Positions 37,390 through 48,015 of a stretch of DNA of 64,000 bases are shown here, piece after piece. Under the pieces are notes generated by a model. It was not told the DNA's origin, searched no databases, and saw nothing but the letters and a program-made list of their open reading frames with translations. The translations under genes were made by a program, and so were the position numbers. How positions within the stretch are numbered: the stretch's first letter is position 1; each line of letters opens with the position of its first letter. The DNA is from Puniceicoccaceae bacterium (lineage in GTDB: Bacteria > Verrucomicrobiota > Verrucomicrobiia > Opitutales > Oceanipulchritudinaceae): positions 1-64,000 of the forward strand of contig JBFOMH010000001.1 in NCBI GenBank assembly GCA_040830765.1, given 5' to 3'.

Positions 37390-38730
37390 ATGAACCGGAT
37401 CTATTCAAACAGGAATCACTGTCTAGCCTTTATACTCCTTGTTACTTTCGTGAATTGCCAAGTATCCGCACACCAACCGGATTCCGACCTGCATCACTGG
37501 GAAATCGCGAGCAAGGATCCGGACCGGATATTTCTCAGCTTTCATGGGGATCCCGCAACTACTCGGGCGGTGACCTGGCGGACCGATGCGACAATCGGGG
37601 AGGCCCAGGCACAAATTGCCCTGGTAACAGGGAATCCGAAATTCGACCGGAAAGCAAAGACCTTCACGACCACCACTGAGCCGGTGGAACTTACTCTGCA
37701 TGAGGGTAATAAACAGACCCTTGTCCACTATCATTCGGTGATTTTCGAGGACCTGTTACCGGACACCCTCTATGCCTATCGTGTGGGCAGCAGGAAGCAC
37801 TGGTCAGAATGGATCCAGTTCCGGACGGCCAAGGCGGAACCGGCGCCCTTCAGCTTTGTCTACTTTGGCGATGCCCAAAACGAGATTCTCGGGAAGTGGT
37901 CACGGGTCATTCGCATGTCCTACACAGTGGCACCGGAGGCCGCTTTTGCGATTCACGCCGGCGACCTGGTCAATAACGGCCACATGGATCTCGAATGGGC
38001 GGAATGGTTCAAGGCTGGTGGTTGGATCCACAGCCAGCGAACCGGGATCCCCGTTATTGGTAACCATGAATACCGGACTATCCCGGGAGTCTCCAAGGAA
38101 AAGGTAATTTCCTTAGTCTGGCGGCCTCAGTTCACTTTGCCGGAGGACCCTGCCCTGCCGGAAGCTCTTCGGGAGACGGTTTACACCATTGATTACCAGG
38201 GACTCCGGGTCATTGTCCTGAACTGCATCGACAATCCGGAAGCCCAGGCCGAGTACCTGCGCCAGCAATTGCAGCGACCGGGAGCCCAATGGACGGTGGT
38301 GACCTCCCACTATTCCATTTTCACACCCTACAAAAAGCGCAGTTTTTACGAGTCTTCAACCCTTTGGCTTCCAATCATAGAAGCGTTCGGTGTGGACCTC
38401 GTTTTACAGGGCCATGACCATGCCTACCTCCGCGGACACCAACCCATGCGGCATCAATCCCCGGGATTGAACAATTCCCTGCAGACGATGTTCGTCACAT
38501 CCATGAGCGGAGCGAAGCAGTATGCCATCACAAAGGAACGGGTGGAAGCCTATGCCCAGATGAACTACACCCCGGATAAAATGGGTGAACAGAAGCAGTT
38601 CTTCCAGGTAATTGGGGTGGACGGCCATGAACTGACTTACAGCGCCTACAGCGCTGATGGGGTCCTGTACGATCGGGCGGTCATTACAAAGGATCCGGAA
38701 ACAGGGTTGAAGCATCTTCAGAATCACTGA
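37390..38730 (+). CDS. Purple acid phosphatase-family metallophosphoesterase with N-terminal FN3-like domain
   Basis: FGDAQ, HAGDLV, GNHEY, LQGHDHAY. Confidence 0.9.
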   Translation: MNRIYSNRNHCLAFILLVTFVNCQVSAHQPDSDLHHWEIASKDPDRIFLSFHGDPATTRAVTWRTDATIGEAQAQIALVTGNPKFDRKAKTFTTTTEPVELTLHEGNKQTLVHYHSVIFEDLLPDTLYAYRVGSRKHWSEWIQFRTAKAEPAPFSFVYFGDAQNEILGKWSRVIRMSYTVAPEAAFAIHAGDLVNNGHMDLEWAEWFKAGGWIHSQRTGIPVIGNHEYRTIPGVSKEKVISLVWRPQFTLPEDPALPEALRETVYTIDYQGLRVIVLNCIDNPEAQAEYLRQQLQRPGAQWTVVTSHYSIFTPYKKRSFYESSTLWLPIIEAFGVDLVLQGHDHAYLRGHQPMRHQSPGLNNSLQTMFVTSMSGAKQYAITKERVEAYAQMNYTPDKMGEQKQFFQVIGVDGHELTYSAYSADGVLYDRAVITKDPETGLKHLQNH

Positions 38731-38773
38731 TACGCTTGGTTTTCTTTCCTGAGAACCCCCTTTTTTTTCAGTG

Positions 38774-40537
38774 ATGCGCCTCTTTTTCCTGTCCATCTTC
38801 CTCGTCAGCGTCGCCTTCTGCATCCTACTATACTGGCTTTCCGGTCGTGGATTGGGCCGCAATGCCTATCTGGAGGCGCATGCCCCGGAATTTACTTCCC
38901 AATTCGGAGACGCCGTACTGGTCTTCAATCCCTCGATGGACATGGAGAGCGTCCAGAAGGTTCTCGATGCACTGCATATGCAGCAGCGGTACAATCAGTT
39001 CGGTCCTGAACGTTATGCCATCCTTTTTGAGCCAGGTGAATATGATCTGGAGATCAAGGTCGACTACTACGTCCATGCCATGGGCCTGGGAAGGCTGCCA
39101 AGCGATGTGCGGGTTAATGGCGTTGTCCAGTCCAGTACCAGCAAGGGAACAAACGAGAATGTCACGACCATGTTCTGGCGGGCTGCGGAAAACTTCCTTG
39201 TTGTACCCGATGAACCGGTCTACTGGGCGGTTTCCCAAGCAGCTCCTTATCGTCGCATGCACATCCAGGGTGATTTGCGACTAGACCTGGGTGGCTGGGC
39301 CAGCGGTGGTTACCTTGCCAATTCCATCATTGAGGGGCAGGCCGGATTGACCAGCGGTCAACAATGGTTCACCCGCAATTGTGAATTGGGCTCATGGGAA
39401 GGCGGTAACTGGAACCGCACCTTTCAAGGGACAGTCGGTGCCCCACCCGACACTTGGCCCTCCGAACCCACGACGGTCATCGAGAAAACCCCGGTCATCC
39501 GCGAAAAGCCCTTCCTGACTGTAGATGCAGAGGGCAACTATGCGGTTTTTGTCCCGGAACTGGTCCGGAACGCTGTAGGCGTCTCCTGGAAGGACGGCCC
39601 GGAACCGGGCGAGCTCGTGCCACTGGAAAACTTCCATATTGCCTTTCCCGGTACCGACGATGCGGCTTCCCTCAACAGGGCATTGGCGGAAGGAAAGCAT
39701 CTCCTCTTCACTCCTGGAATCTATTATCTGGAGGAGAGCATTCGTGTTGAAAGGGAAAACGCTATCCTCTTTGGACTTGGACTGCCGACGCTGGTTCCGC
39801 AATCCGGCCAGGCAGCCATCACTACGAAGGATGTTTCCGGGATCAAGCTTGTCGGCCTTATGGTGGATGCCGGATTGGAAGAATCCCCTGCCTTGATACA
39901 GATTGGTCCCGAGGGAGCAAACAGGGACCATTCAGAAAACCCCATCTCGCTCCACGATGTTTTTTGTCGGGTCGGTGGTTCCATACCGGGAAAGACCGAA
40001 GCCTGCCTCGTCGTGAACAGCAACCATGTCATCCTTGACCATGCCTGGCTCTGGCGTGCGGACCATGGGGCCGGAGCGGAATGGGATGTCAATACCTGCA
40101 AGAACGGTCTGGTTGTCAATGGCGACGATGTCACCGCCTATGGCCTCTTCAATGAACACTTTCAGGAATACCAGACCCTCTGGAACGGAGAACGGGGCCG
40201 GACCTATTTCTACCAGTCTGAAATCCCATATGATCCTCCCAGCCAGGAGCGCTGGATGAATAGAGACCGCAAAGGCTTCGCTTCCTACAAAGTCGCCGAT
40301 CATGTCGAGGACCACCACGCATGGGGACTCGGAATCTACAGCTTCTTCGGCGTAAGGGCCGGCAGGGACCTGGGTGTCCGGCTCGGCAGTGCCATCGAGT
40401 GTCCGGAGGCACCGGGTGTTCGTTTCACCCATGTCACGACCTTTGCCGGTTGGTTTGGGGGTATCGACCACCCGGTCAATGAGCTTGGGGATCCCACTAA
40501 TGCCCAGGCGCTGTTGTTTTTCGACGGTGTCCCCTGA
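38774..40537 (+). CDS. Bacterial GH55-like beta-1,3-glucanase with N-terminal hydrophobic anchor
   Basis: FWRAAEN, WAVSQAAPYRR, ASGGYLANS, WLWRADHG, GLFNEHFQEYQ, YQSEIPYD. Confidence 0.8.
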   Translation: MRLFFLSIFLVSVAFCILLYWLSGRGLGRNAYLEAHAPEFTSQFGDAVLVFNPSMDMESVQKVLDALHMQQRYNQFGPERYAILFEPGEYDLEIKVDYYVHAMGLGRLPSDVRVNGVVQSSTSKGTNENVTTMFWRAAENFLVVPDEPVYWAVSQAAPYRRMHIQGDLRLDLGGWASGGYLANSIIEGQAGLTSGQQWFTRNCELGSWEGGNWNRTFQGTVGAPPDTWPSEPTTVIEKTPVIREKPFLTVDAEGNYAVFVPELVRNAVGVSWKDGPEPGELVPLENFHIAFPGTDDAASLNRALAEGKHLLFTPGIYYLEESIRVERENAILFGLGLPTLVPQSGQAAITTKDVSGIKLVGLMVDAGLEESPALIQIGPEGANRDHSENPISLHDVFCRVGGSIPGKTEACLVVNSNHVILDHAWLWRADHGAGAEWDVNTCKNGLVVNGDDVTAYGLFNEHFQEYQTLWNGERGRTYFYQSEIPYDPPSQERWMNRDRKGFASYKVADHVEDHHAWGLGIYSFFGVRAGRDLGVRLGSAIECPEAPGVRFTHVTTFAGWFGGIDHPVNELGDPTNAQALLFFDGVP

Positions 40538-40589
40538 GACTGCTTTTAGTCCTTTCCTTTGGCATGTCTTTTGCTTGTATTGCGGGTAG

Positions 40590-42032
40590 GTGTTTCAGGC
40601 GTATCAAAAGGAAAACTTCTTCGATGAAATGTTCGCAGGGGAAAGTGGTGTGGTCTTTGACCACTATCGCCCGCTCTATGAACGGTTCTCCGCCTATGGA
40701 GACGCGGAAATGGAAGAGAAGCAGCGTCTCGTCAACACGGGCTTCCTCGAACAGGGAATTACCTTCACGGTCTATGGGGACGATCAGGGCACCGAGCGCA
40801 TCTTCCCTTTTGACCTGATTCCAAGGATTATTCCGGATACCGAATGGCAGACGATCGAAAAGGGACTGACCCAGCGAATCATCGCGCTGAATCTCTTCCT
40901 CAATGATATCTATCACAATGGCCAGATCCTCAAGGACGGCATCATTCCCGCCGACATCATCCTGAATGCCCTCCATTATCGTCCGGAAATGAAGGATCTT
41001 CCGGTCTCACGGGATATCTACATCCATATCTGTGGCACGGATCTTATCCGTGACGGTGAGGGCCGTTACCTGGTCCTGGAAGACAATGGCCGCTGCCCGT
41101 CAGGCGTCTCTTATCTTCTTGAAAACCGGGAAGCCATGAAGCGGGCTTTCCCCAACCTTTATCAGCAGTGCGGCGTCCGACCGGTCGACCAATATCCGCA
41201 GCTTCTCCTGAAGGCCCTCCAGCACCTTTCTCCGCGCACCGGGCAGACACCGGTTTGCGTATTGTTGACGCCAGGGGTCTACAACAGTGCCTATTTCGAG
41301 CATTCCTTCCTGGCCCGCAAGATGGGGATTGAGATCGTCGAGGGCCGCGACCTCGTGGCCCTGGATGGTTTTGTTTACATGCGGACAACCCGGGGACTCG
41401 TCCAGGTGGATGTCATTTACCGGCGTCTCGATGATGACTTTCTGGATCCGCTGGTCTTCCGTGAGGACTCGATGCTCGGCGTGCCGGGCCTGATGGATGC
41501 CTACATGAGAGGGAATGTTGCCTTGGCCAATGCCGTTGGCACGGGTGTAGCCGATGACAAGGTGACCTATGCCTACGTGCCCGACATGATCAAGTACTAC
41601 CTCGACCAGGATCCTATATTGCAGAATGTCCCCACCTACCTTGCCTGGCGGGAGGATGACCGGAAGTACATCCTTGAAAACCTGGAAAAGCTGGTGGTCA
41701 AGGCGGCCAATGAATCCGGCGGTTACGGCATGTTGATGGGGCCCCGCTCCACCGCAGAGGAGCGGGACAAGTTTGCTGCCATGATCGTGGAATACCCACG
41801 CAATTTCATCGCCCAGCCAGTGGTGTCCCTGTCACGGCATCCGACGATCTGCAACAACCGGCAGATCGAGGGCCGCCATGTGGACTTGCGGCCGTTCATC
41901 CTCTACGGCGAGAAGATGGAGATCATTCCCGGAGGCCTGACACGGGTGGCCCTCAACAGGGGATCCCTGGTCGTGAATTCCTCACAGGGAGGCGGAAGTA
42001 AAGATACCTGGGTCTTAAGGGGGACGCACTGA
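40590..42032 (+). CDS. Circularly permuted type 2 ATP-grasp protein
   Basis: [50 protein letters not shown]. Confidence 0.95.
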   Translation: MFQAYQKENFFDEMFAGESGVVFDHYRPLYERFSAYGDAEMEEKQRLVNTGFLEQGITFTVYGDDQGTERIFPFDLIPRIIPDTEWQTIEKGLTQRIIALNLFLNDIYHNGQILKDGIIPADIILNALHYRPEMKDLPVSRDIYIHICGTDLIRDGEGRYLVLEDNGRCPSGVSYLLENREAMKRAFPNLYQQCGVRPVDQYPQLLLKALQHLSPRTGQTPVCVLLTPGVYNSAYFEHSFLARKMGIEIVEGRDLVALDGFVYMRTTRGLVQVDVIYRRLDDDFLDPLVFREDSMLGVPGLMDAYMRGNVALANAVGTGVADDKVTYAYVPDMIKYYLDQDPILQNVPTYLAWREDDRKYILENLEKLVVKAANESGGYGMLMGPRSTAEERDKFAAMIVEYPRNFIAQPVVSLSRHPTICNNRQIEGRHVDLRPFILYGEKMEIIPGGLTRVALNRGSLVVNSSQGGGSKDTWVLRGTH

Positions 42033-43030
42033 TGCTATCACGTGTTGCCAACAGTCTCTATTGGCTGGGTCGCTACCTTGAACGGGCGGAGAACCTCGCC
42101 CGCCTGGTTGAGGTCAATCGCTATGATGCCTTGGATACGGTCGGCGCCGCATCCATCAACAGTGACCAGATCTGGCAACCCCTCCTCTACGCAACCTGCT
42201 CGGAGGATGCATACCGGACCATTTCCGAGTCCTCACCGGACGCCCCGGACGTAGCCAGCTTCATTACCTTCTCGCGGGAACATCCGGACTCCATCCGCCA
42301 GTGCATCGCCAGTGCGCGGGAAAATGCCCGCATGGTCCGTGACCAGATTTCCGAGGACATGTGGCTGGAACTGAACAGCTTCCACCTGTTTATCCAATCC
42401 CGGGAAGCGGAACAGCTCTGGGATTCTCAACCGGACGCCTTTTTCCGGCGTACCATCCGCTCCTGCCTCCTTTTCTCAGGCTTGATCAACGCCACCATCC
42501 TGCACGACGAGGGGTGGCACTTCATCCAGACCGGAAAGTTCCTTGAACGGGCCGACAAGACGACCCGCATCCTTGACATGCTGGCCTATCACGCTGACCC
42601 GGAGCCCGCCCGTCTGGCCTCCGCACTGCGTTCCTGCTCCGGACTGTCCGCCTTTCGTGAGGAAGGTCGCGGGGACATATCGCTTGATACGGTGACCGCG
42701 TTTCTCCTCTTTTCGCAATCCTTTCCCCGCTCCGTGAGGTTTTGCCTGCGCACCCTCGACGAGCAGTTGCACAACATTTCGGGCACCCCTGGCGGCGCCT
42801 TCTCCAATGAGGCCGAGCGCCTTGCGGGCAGCTTGCTGGCCCAACTCAACTTTTCCAGCATGGACAACGTCTGGCAGCAAGGCCTCAATGACTATATCGA
42901 TGGACTGCAGCAGCAATTCAACCACATCGGACAACGCATCTTTGAGACCTATGTCCTCCTCCCCGCGGAAATCCGCAGCGTCAACCGGGATAATGCACCC
43001 GTCTGGCAGCAACAGCAGCAACAACAGTGA
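42032..43030 (+). CDS. Alpha-E domain protein with C-terminal poly-Gln
   Basis: [46 protein letters not shown]. Confidence 0.93.
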   Translation: MLSRVANSLYWLGRYLERAENLARLVEVNRYDALDTVGAASINSDQIWQPLLYATCSEDAYRTISESSPDAPDVASFITFSREHPDSIRQCIASARENARMVRDQISEDMWLELNSFHLFIQSREAEQLWDSQPDAFFRRTIRSCLLFSGLINATILHDEGWHFIQTGKFLERADKTTRILDMLAYHADPEPARLASALRSCSGLSAFREEGRGDISLDTVTAFLLFSQSFPRSVRFCLRTLDEQLHNISGTPGGAFSNEAERLAGSLLAQLNFSSMDNVWQQGLNDYIDGLQQQFNHIGQRIFETYVLLPAEIRSVNRDNAPVWQQQQQQQ

Positions 43031-43040
43031 GCTACCGGGG

Positions 43041-43892
43041 ATGCGGCTACAAGTTCATCATCACACTGAATACCTTTACGGGAATCCCGTCAGCGATAAC
43101 ATCAATGAACTGCGGCTGACCCCGAGGTGTAATCGTCGCCAGGACTGCGAATCCAGCTTTATCAGCATCCTGCCGGCCTCCCGCTTGTCGCATTACGAGG
43201 ACTTGAATATCAATCGCGTTCACCGGTTCGAAATCCCCCAGCCGCATTCCCGGTTGGTCATCGATAGCCGGGCCACGGTTGTCACCTTTCCCTATGTCGA
43301 CTTTGATAACCTTCCCTACGGTTTCCTGCATTGTGAGCTGGGGGGCTGCCGTTACCTGGAGGAATGTCACCCCTTTCTTCAGAACAGCAGCCTGGTGGAA
43401 GTATCCCCCGAGGCCTGGCGGCTAGGCCTGGATATCCGGGACAGCTCGGAAGATGTCTTCCAGACCAGCTATGCGATCATGGAGTACATCTTCCGGAACT
43501 TTTCCTACGCTTCGGGTGCGACAACCGTCTCCACCCACTCGCAATCCGTTTTGGAGAATCGCACGGGCGTCTGCCAGGACTTTGCCCATGCCATGGTTGC
43601 CATTTGCCGCTCCATCGGCATACCGGCTCGCTATGTCAGCGGCTACTTCTATGATGCCACCCGCGACCGTAGCCTGCGCGGCTCGGAGGCCTCCCACGCC
43701 TGGGTGGATGTCTACATCAAGGACTTTGGATGGGTCGGCCTCGATCCGACCAACAACAAGGTCGTTGATGAGACCTATATCGTTCTTGCCATTGGTCGCG
43801 ACTACAAGGATGTCGCCCCGGTCAAGGGCAGCTACCGGGGAACCGGGCGCAGCGCAATGTCCATCGGGGTCCGGGTCGAGAAGCTGGATTAA
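43041..43892 (+). CDS. Bacterial transglutaminase-like protein
   Basis: H.TEY.Y N-terminal domain; catalytic GVCQDFAH, SHAW, DPTNN; GRDYKDVAP. Confidence 0.93.
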   Translation: MRLQVHHHTEYLYGNPVSDNINELRLTPRCNRRQDCESSFISILPASRLSHYEDLNINRVHRFEIPQPHSRLVIDSRATVVTFPYVDFDNLPYGFLHCELGGCRYLEECHPFLQNSSLVEVSPEAWRLGLDIRDSSEDVFQTSYAIMEYIFRNFSYASGATTVSTHSQSVLENRTGVCQDFAHAMVAICRSIGIPARYVSGYFYDATRDRSLRGSEASHAWVDVYIKDFGWVGLDPTNNKVVDETYIVLAIGRDYKDVAPVKGSYRGTGRSAMSIGVRVEKLD

Positions 43893-44606
43893 TCAGGCTG
43901 CCGGCTTCGGTTGGTTTCCCAGGTTGAGAATAGCCTTTGCTGTCGAAAGGATCTTTTCCGGCTCAAGCCGCACCTTGTAGTTCTCGTTGACGTAGGCAAA
44001 GCGAATGATGCCGTCTGCATCGACAATGTAGACCGAAGGATGGGGTAACAAATGGTGAGTTTCTCCTGAATCAGCCTCGATGTCGATGCCGTAGGAGTCC
44101 TTATACTTGGATACCAGCTTATCCTCTACTTTGAAGGCGATGCCAAACCGGCTGCTCACTTGCATCGAACTGTCGGAAAGCAAGGTGTAGGACAAGTCGG
44201 CCAGCTTTTCCTTTTGCCGCAGCACCTCCGGACGGTCAGGACTGATGGCCAGCAATGTGAATCCTGCTGAATCAAGTGCCTCCTCAACTTCGGCCAGGGC
44301 GGACAAGTGCCGGCTGCAATACGGGCACCAGCCGCCTCGGTAAAATATCAATACGGCCGGCTTGCCCGAAAGTTCCTCTTCGAGGACATAAGGACTGCCG
44401 AAATCCGTGTAGAGAGTCCCCTCGGGAATGGAATCGCCTTCCGCCAGCGGTGCATCCGGATTGCTGGTTTCCACACTCAGGCCCACCGTACCGATGATAG
44501 CGCTGCAGGCACTGCAGCTGCCTGTCCGTCCGGCAATGAGAATGTAGGAACCGATCAGGCCTATGGCAATTATGGGAACGCCAATTTTTCGCAGGATTGT
44601 CTTCAT
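43893..44606 (-). CDS. Peroxiredoxin-like (AhpC/TSA) protein with N-terminal membrane anchor
   Basis: FYRGGWCPYC, AISPD, LPHPSVYIVD. Confidence 0.88.
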   Translation of the reverse strand: MKTILRKIGVPIIAIGLIGSYILIAGRTGSCSACSAIIGTVGLSVETSNPDAPLAEGDSIPEGTLYTDFGSPYVLEEELSGKPAVLIFYRGGWCPYCSRHLSALAEVEEALDSAGFTLLAISPDRPEVLRQKEKLADLSYTLLSDSSMQVSSRFGIAFKVEDKLVSKYKDSYGIDIEADSGETHHLLPHPSVYIVDADGIIRFAYVNENYKVRLEPEKILSTAKAILNLGNQPKPAA

Positions 44607-44726
44607 CGTTGTTCTTAAGACGTATTTAGCGGGTATTTATTCCCCAAAAACTGGCAATTCGTCCAGTCGGGTCAAACGGACTTTCCGACCTTGCCAATCC
44701 AGCCGCCCGGTCCCACATTAGCCGCT

Positions 44727-45617
44727 ATGTTCAGAAGGATTCTCTGTATCGTCGCCGGTTTGACACTCCTTGCCGGCTGCAAAACCACTGAGGAGGCGCC
44801 GATCGCCACCTTGCCTCCCATATCCCAACCAGCCACCGGTGTCTCCAATCCGGGGCAGGTTATCTGGCACGATCTGGCCACGCCCGACCTTGCAGCATCG
44901 AAGGAATTCTACGGGGAGTTACTCGGCTGGAGCTTTGAGCAGCTCAACGACAGGGGCCGCCGGTATACCGCAGTTTACAATGGGGAGGCTATCATTGGCG
45001 GGATGTTTGAATTCACCTCCCGCGACCGCAAGGATCCGACCGGTGAGTGGCTTATCAATCTCAGCTCGGCGGATGTCGCCGGAGCGGCCGCGGCATTTAC
45101 TGATGCCGGTGGAGAAATCATCGAGCCGGCCCGTGCCGTTCCCAACCGGGGCACGGCTGCTTTCGTCAGGGATCCCCAGGAAGCAGTGATGGTCCTGGTC
45201 GACTCCTCAACCGGTGATCCGACTGAGGAATTCGTGCCCATTGGTTCATGGCTATGGAATGAGCTGTGGACCCATGACGGCCCGGCCGCGAATGCCTTCT
45301 ACAGCGATTTATTCGGCTACGATACCGAGGAAATGAAAGGACTCGGCGGCCGAAAGTACTATTTGCTCAGTAAAGGCGGAACTCCGGTCGGCGGGATCCT
45401 GGAAATCCAGAACAAGGACATCCGGCCCCATTGGGTGCCCTTTGTCAGGGTTGAAGACCTGCAAGTCTCGCTGGTCCTTGCGGCCACCCTCGGCGCAAAT
45501 GTCCTGATTGAGCCGGATAACGATATTCGCGATGGCAAAGTTGCCCTGATCCAGTCTCCCACGGGTGAACCCCTCGTCCTGCAGGAGTATTCATTTGAAC
45601 CCGGACAATCCGAATAA
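44727..45617 (+). CDS. VOC/glyoxalase family lipoprotein (two modules)
   Basis: LAGC lipobox; WHDLAT.D...FYGELLGW; WNELWT...FYSDLFG. Confidence 0.85.
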   Translation: MFRRILCIVAGLTLLAGCKTTEEAPIATLPPISQPATGVSNPGQVIWHDLATPDLAASKEFYGELLGWSFEQLNDRGRRYTAVYNGEAIIGGMFEFTSRDRKDPTGEWLINLSSADVAGAAAAFTDAGGEIIEPARAVPNRGTAAFVRDPQEAVMVLVDSSTGDPTEEFVPIGSWLWNELWTHDGPAANAFYSDLFGYDTEEMKGLGGRKYYLLSKGGTPVGGILEIQNKDIRPHWVPFVRVEDLQVSLVLAATLGANVLIEPDNDIRDGKVALIQSPTGEPLVLQEYSFEPGQSE

Positions 45618-45625
45618 GGCCCGTT

Positions 45626-45868
45626 ATGAAATTAAAGATTCGCACGCTATTACTGGGCCTTCTCCTTGCCGGTGCCTTGTTTTTCAATACCGGCTGTGAC
45701 AACACAACCTTCGGGGTTGGGATCAGTGGATATGACTCCAGTTCCGGGATGAGTTACGGGTACGGTGTCTCCAGCGGTCCCTATGGTACCCACGGCAGCA
45801 GCTACGTCGGTTATTCCAGCGGAGGCTACTACGGGGGCTATTATGGCCGGCCGTACCGACGCTGGTAA
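45626..45868 (+). CDS. Small Gly/Tyr/Ser-rich putative lipoprotein
   Basis: Hydrophobic N-terminus ending TGC; low-complexity body. Confidence 0.6.
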   Translation: MKLKIRTLLLGLLLAGALFFNTGCDNTTFGVGISGYDSSSGMSYGYGVSSGPYGTHGSSYVGYSSGGYYGGYYGRPYRRW

Positions 45869-45876
45869 GTGCTCGA

Positions 45877-46368
45877 TTAGAGAGGCAAGGGCTTTTCCCA
45901 GAACTGGGCAGCCCCGACTTCAGGGTCGAGAACGTAGGGCGAAAAGCCAAGGCTGGCATAGAGCTTCTTGGCCCGTTCATTGCCTTCAAGAACCTCCAGG
46001 GTAAGTTTGCAGCATCCCCGCTGCTTGGCCACACGCTCGATTTCCGCAAACAGGGCACTCCCTACCCCTTTGCCCCGGTGGTCTGGCAGGACCGCCACGT
46101 CATGGACGTTCATCAGGGGCCGGGCGGAGAATGTAGAAAATCCTTCCATGGCGATGAGTAGCCCAACCGGTTCCTCTGCCTGAAGGGCCAGCAAGCTGAC
46201 CACCCATGGCCGCCGGCGCAATTCGGCAATGAGGTTTTGCCGGGTGAAAAAGCCCAGAGGCTTGCCCCCTCCCATTGTGTCGCTGGCATAGCTGTCGAGG
46301 ACACGGATAATGCCCTGTGCGTGGGCCTGATCGTTGTAGGGATTGATGAGGATACGGGTGGAAGGCAT
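45877..46368 (-). CDS. GNAT N-acetyltransferase
   Basis: NVHDVAVLPDHRGKGVG, KLTLEVLEGN, LYASLGF. Confidence 0.9.
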   Translation of the reverse strand: MPSTRILINPYNDQAHAQGIIRVLDSYASDTMGGGKPLGFFTRQNLIAELRRRPWVVSLLALQAEEPVGLLIAMEGFSTFSARPLMNVHDVAVLPDHRGKGVGSALFAEIERVAKQRGCCKLTLEVLEGNERAKKLYASLGFSPYVLDPEVGAAQFWEKPLPL

Positions 46369-46406
46369 AATTTGTGTCGGAAGCGAACCATTCCCCGGCC
46401 CGGTTC

Positions 46407-47126
46407 TCAAGCACGAAGCGATAATTTCTGCAGAACATTATCAAATTCCAAATCCACACCCCGGGTAATCTGTACCATCTTTTCCGTTATTGGATGCATA
46501 AACTCAAGGGAGCTTGCCACCAGCAGCAGGCGGTGGGAGTCGAACTTTTCCCGGAAGAGGCGGTTGTGGAATCCATCCCCGTATCGCGTGTCTCCGATGA
46601 TCGGATGATGGATGTGTTTCATATGCCTTCTTAACTGATGCATCCGTCCACTGGCCGGGACCAGCTCCAGCTCGCTGTAGCGTGCGGTCGGGAACTCCCC
46701 CACGGGCTGGTTGATTTCAAATTGTCGCAAACGACGATAGGCCGTCCTGGCCTCCTGCGGCTCGCCTCCACCACGTAGCGTCCTTCCCTCTTCCTTGTAG
46801 CTCAGCGGGTGGTCGATGACATCCGCCTCCTCGGTCCATCCGCGGACCACGGCGTGGTAAATCTTACGGGTAGTCCTCGCTTTGAACAAGGCGGATCCCA
46901 GTCCCAGCGATTCCTTGTCGAGGGCAAAGAGGAGAACCCCACTGGTCGGCTTGTCCAGCCGATGGCATGGATGGACTGGTTTCCCAATCTGGTCCCGCAG
47001 CAGTTGCAAGCAGAATCGATGTTCGCCGGCGTCAATGCGCGACCGATGGACGAGTAACCCGGCCGGCTTGTGCACCGCGATGTAGTAATCATCCTGATAC
47101 AGGATTTGAAGGGGTTCAACATTCAT
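46407..47126 (-). CDS. truC: tRNA pseudouridine synthase C (RluA family)
   Basis: [35 protein letters not shown]. Confidence 0.88.
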   Translation of the reverse strand: MNVEPLQILYQDDYYIAVHKPAGLLVHRSRIDAGEHRFCLQLLRDQIGKPVHPCHRLDKPTSGVLLFALDKESLGLGSALFKARTTRKIYHAVVRGWTEEADVIDHPLSYKEEGRTLRGGGEPQEARTAYRRLRQFEINQPVGEFPTARYSELELVPASGRMHQLRRHMKHIHHPIIGDTRYGDGFHNRLFREKFDSHRLLLVASSLEFMHPITEKMVQITRGVDLEFDNVLQKLSLRA

Positions 47127-47216
47127 AGCCTAAATCAGCATCAACTGTCTTCCGTTTACCGTAATGTCACAAGGAAGGAATTGCCACAAAGGCAGAATTC
47201 CTTCAAGAAACCGTCC

Positions 47217-48005
47217 ATGAGAAGCCATGAAATAGATTATGAGATAATCGGTGACGACATGCAGATGGTCGAGGTGGAACTTGACCCAGGGGAAACCGTC
47301 ATCGCGGAAGCAGGTGCCATGAACTACATGGAACAGGATATCGACTTTGAGGCCCGGATGGGTGATGGGACCGAAGATGCCGGAGGCTTTCTGGGCAGTC
47401 TCGTCGGTGCCGGCAAGCGGGCGCTGACCGGTGAATCCATATTTATGACCCACTTTACCAACCGCGGGCTGGACAAGCGGAAAGTCGCCTTTGCCGCACC
47501 CTACCCGGGCCAGATCATCCCAGTCGACCTCTTGGAGACCAACGGGAGGATTTTATGCCAGAAGGACGCCTTTCTTTGTGCTGCCCTTGGTACCAATGTC
47601 AGCATCGCGTTCAACAAGCGTCTCGGGGCCGGCTTCCTGGGCGGTGAAGGATTTATCCTGCAAAAGCTTGAGGGCGACGGCATGGCCTTCCTCCACGCGG
47701 GCGGAACCATCGTCAAGAAAGAGCTTCAGGGCGAGACCCTGCGCATTGACACCGGTTGCATTGTCGCCTTCAGCGACACCGTTGATTACGACATCGAGCG
47801 GGCCGGTGGGCTCAAGTCGATGTTCTTCGGTGGCGAAGGGCTCTTCCTGGCCACTTTGCGCGGCTTTGGCACAGTCTACCTGCAGAGCCTCCCCTTCTCC
47901 CGCCTCGCGGACCGGATCATTGCCAGCGCCCCCCAGACGGGGGGCAGCCAGAAAGGTGAAGGATCCGTGGCAGGGTCCGTCTACCGAATGCTCAGCGGTG
48001 ACTAA
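47217..48005 (+). CDS. TIGR00266/AIM24 family protein
   Basis: [31 protein letters not shown]. Confidence 0.92.
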   Translation: MRSHEIDYEIIGDDMQMVEVELDPGETVIAEAGAMNYMEQDIDFEARMGDGTEDAGGFLGSLVGAGKRALTGESIFMTHFTNRGLDKRKVAFAAPYPGQIIPVDLLETNGRILCQKDAFLCAALGTNVSIAFNKRLGAGFLGGEGFILQKLEGDGMAFLHAGGTIVKKELQGETLRIDTGCIVAFSDTVDYDIERAGGLKSMFFGGEGLFLATLRGFGTVYLQSLPFSRLADRIIASAPQTGGSQKGEGSVAGSVYRMLSGD

Positions 48006-48015
48006 ATCCGCTTGC

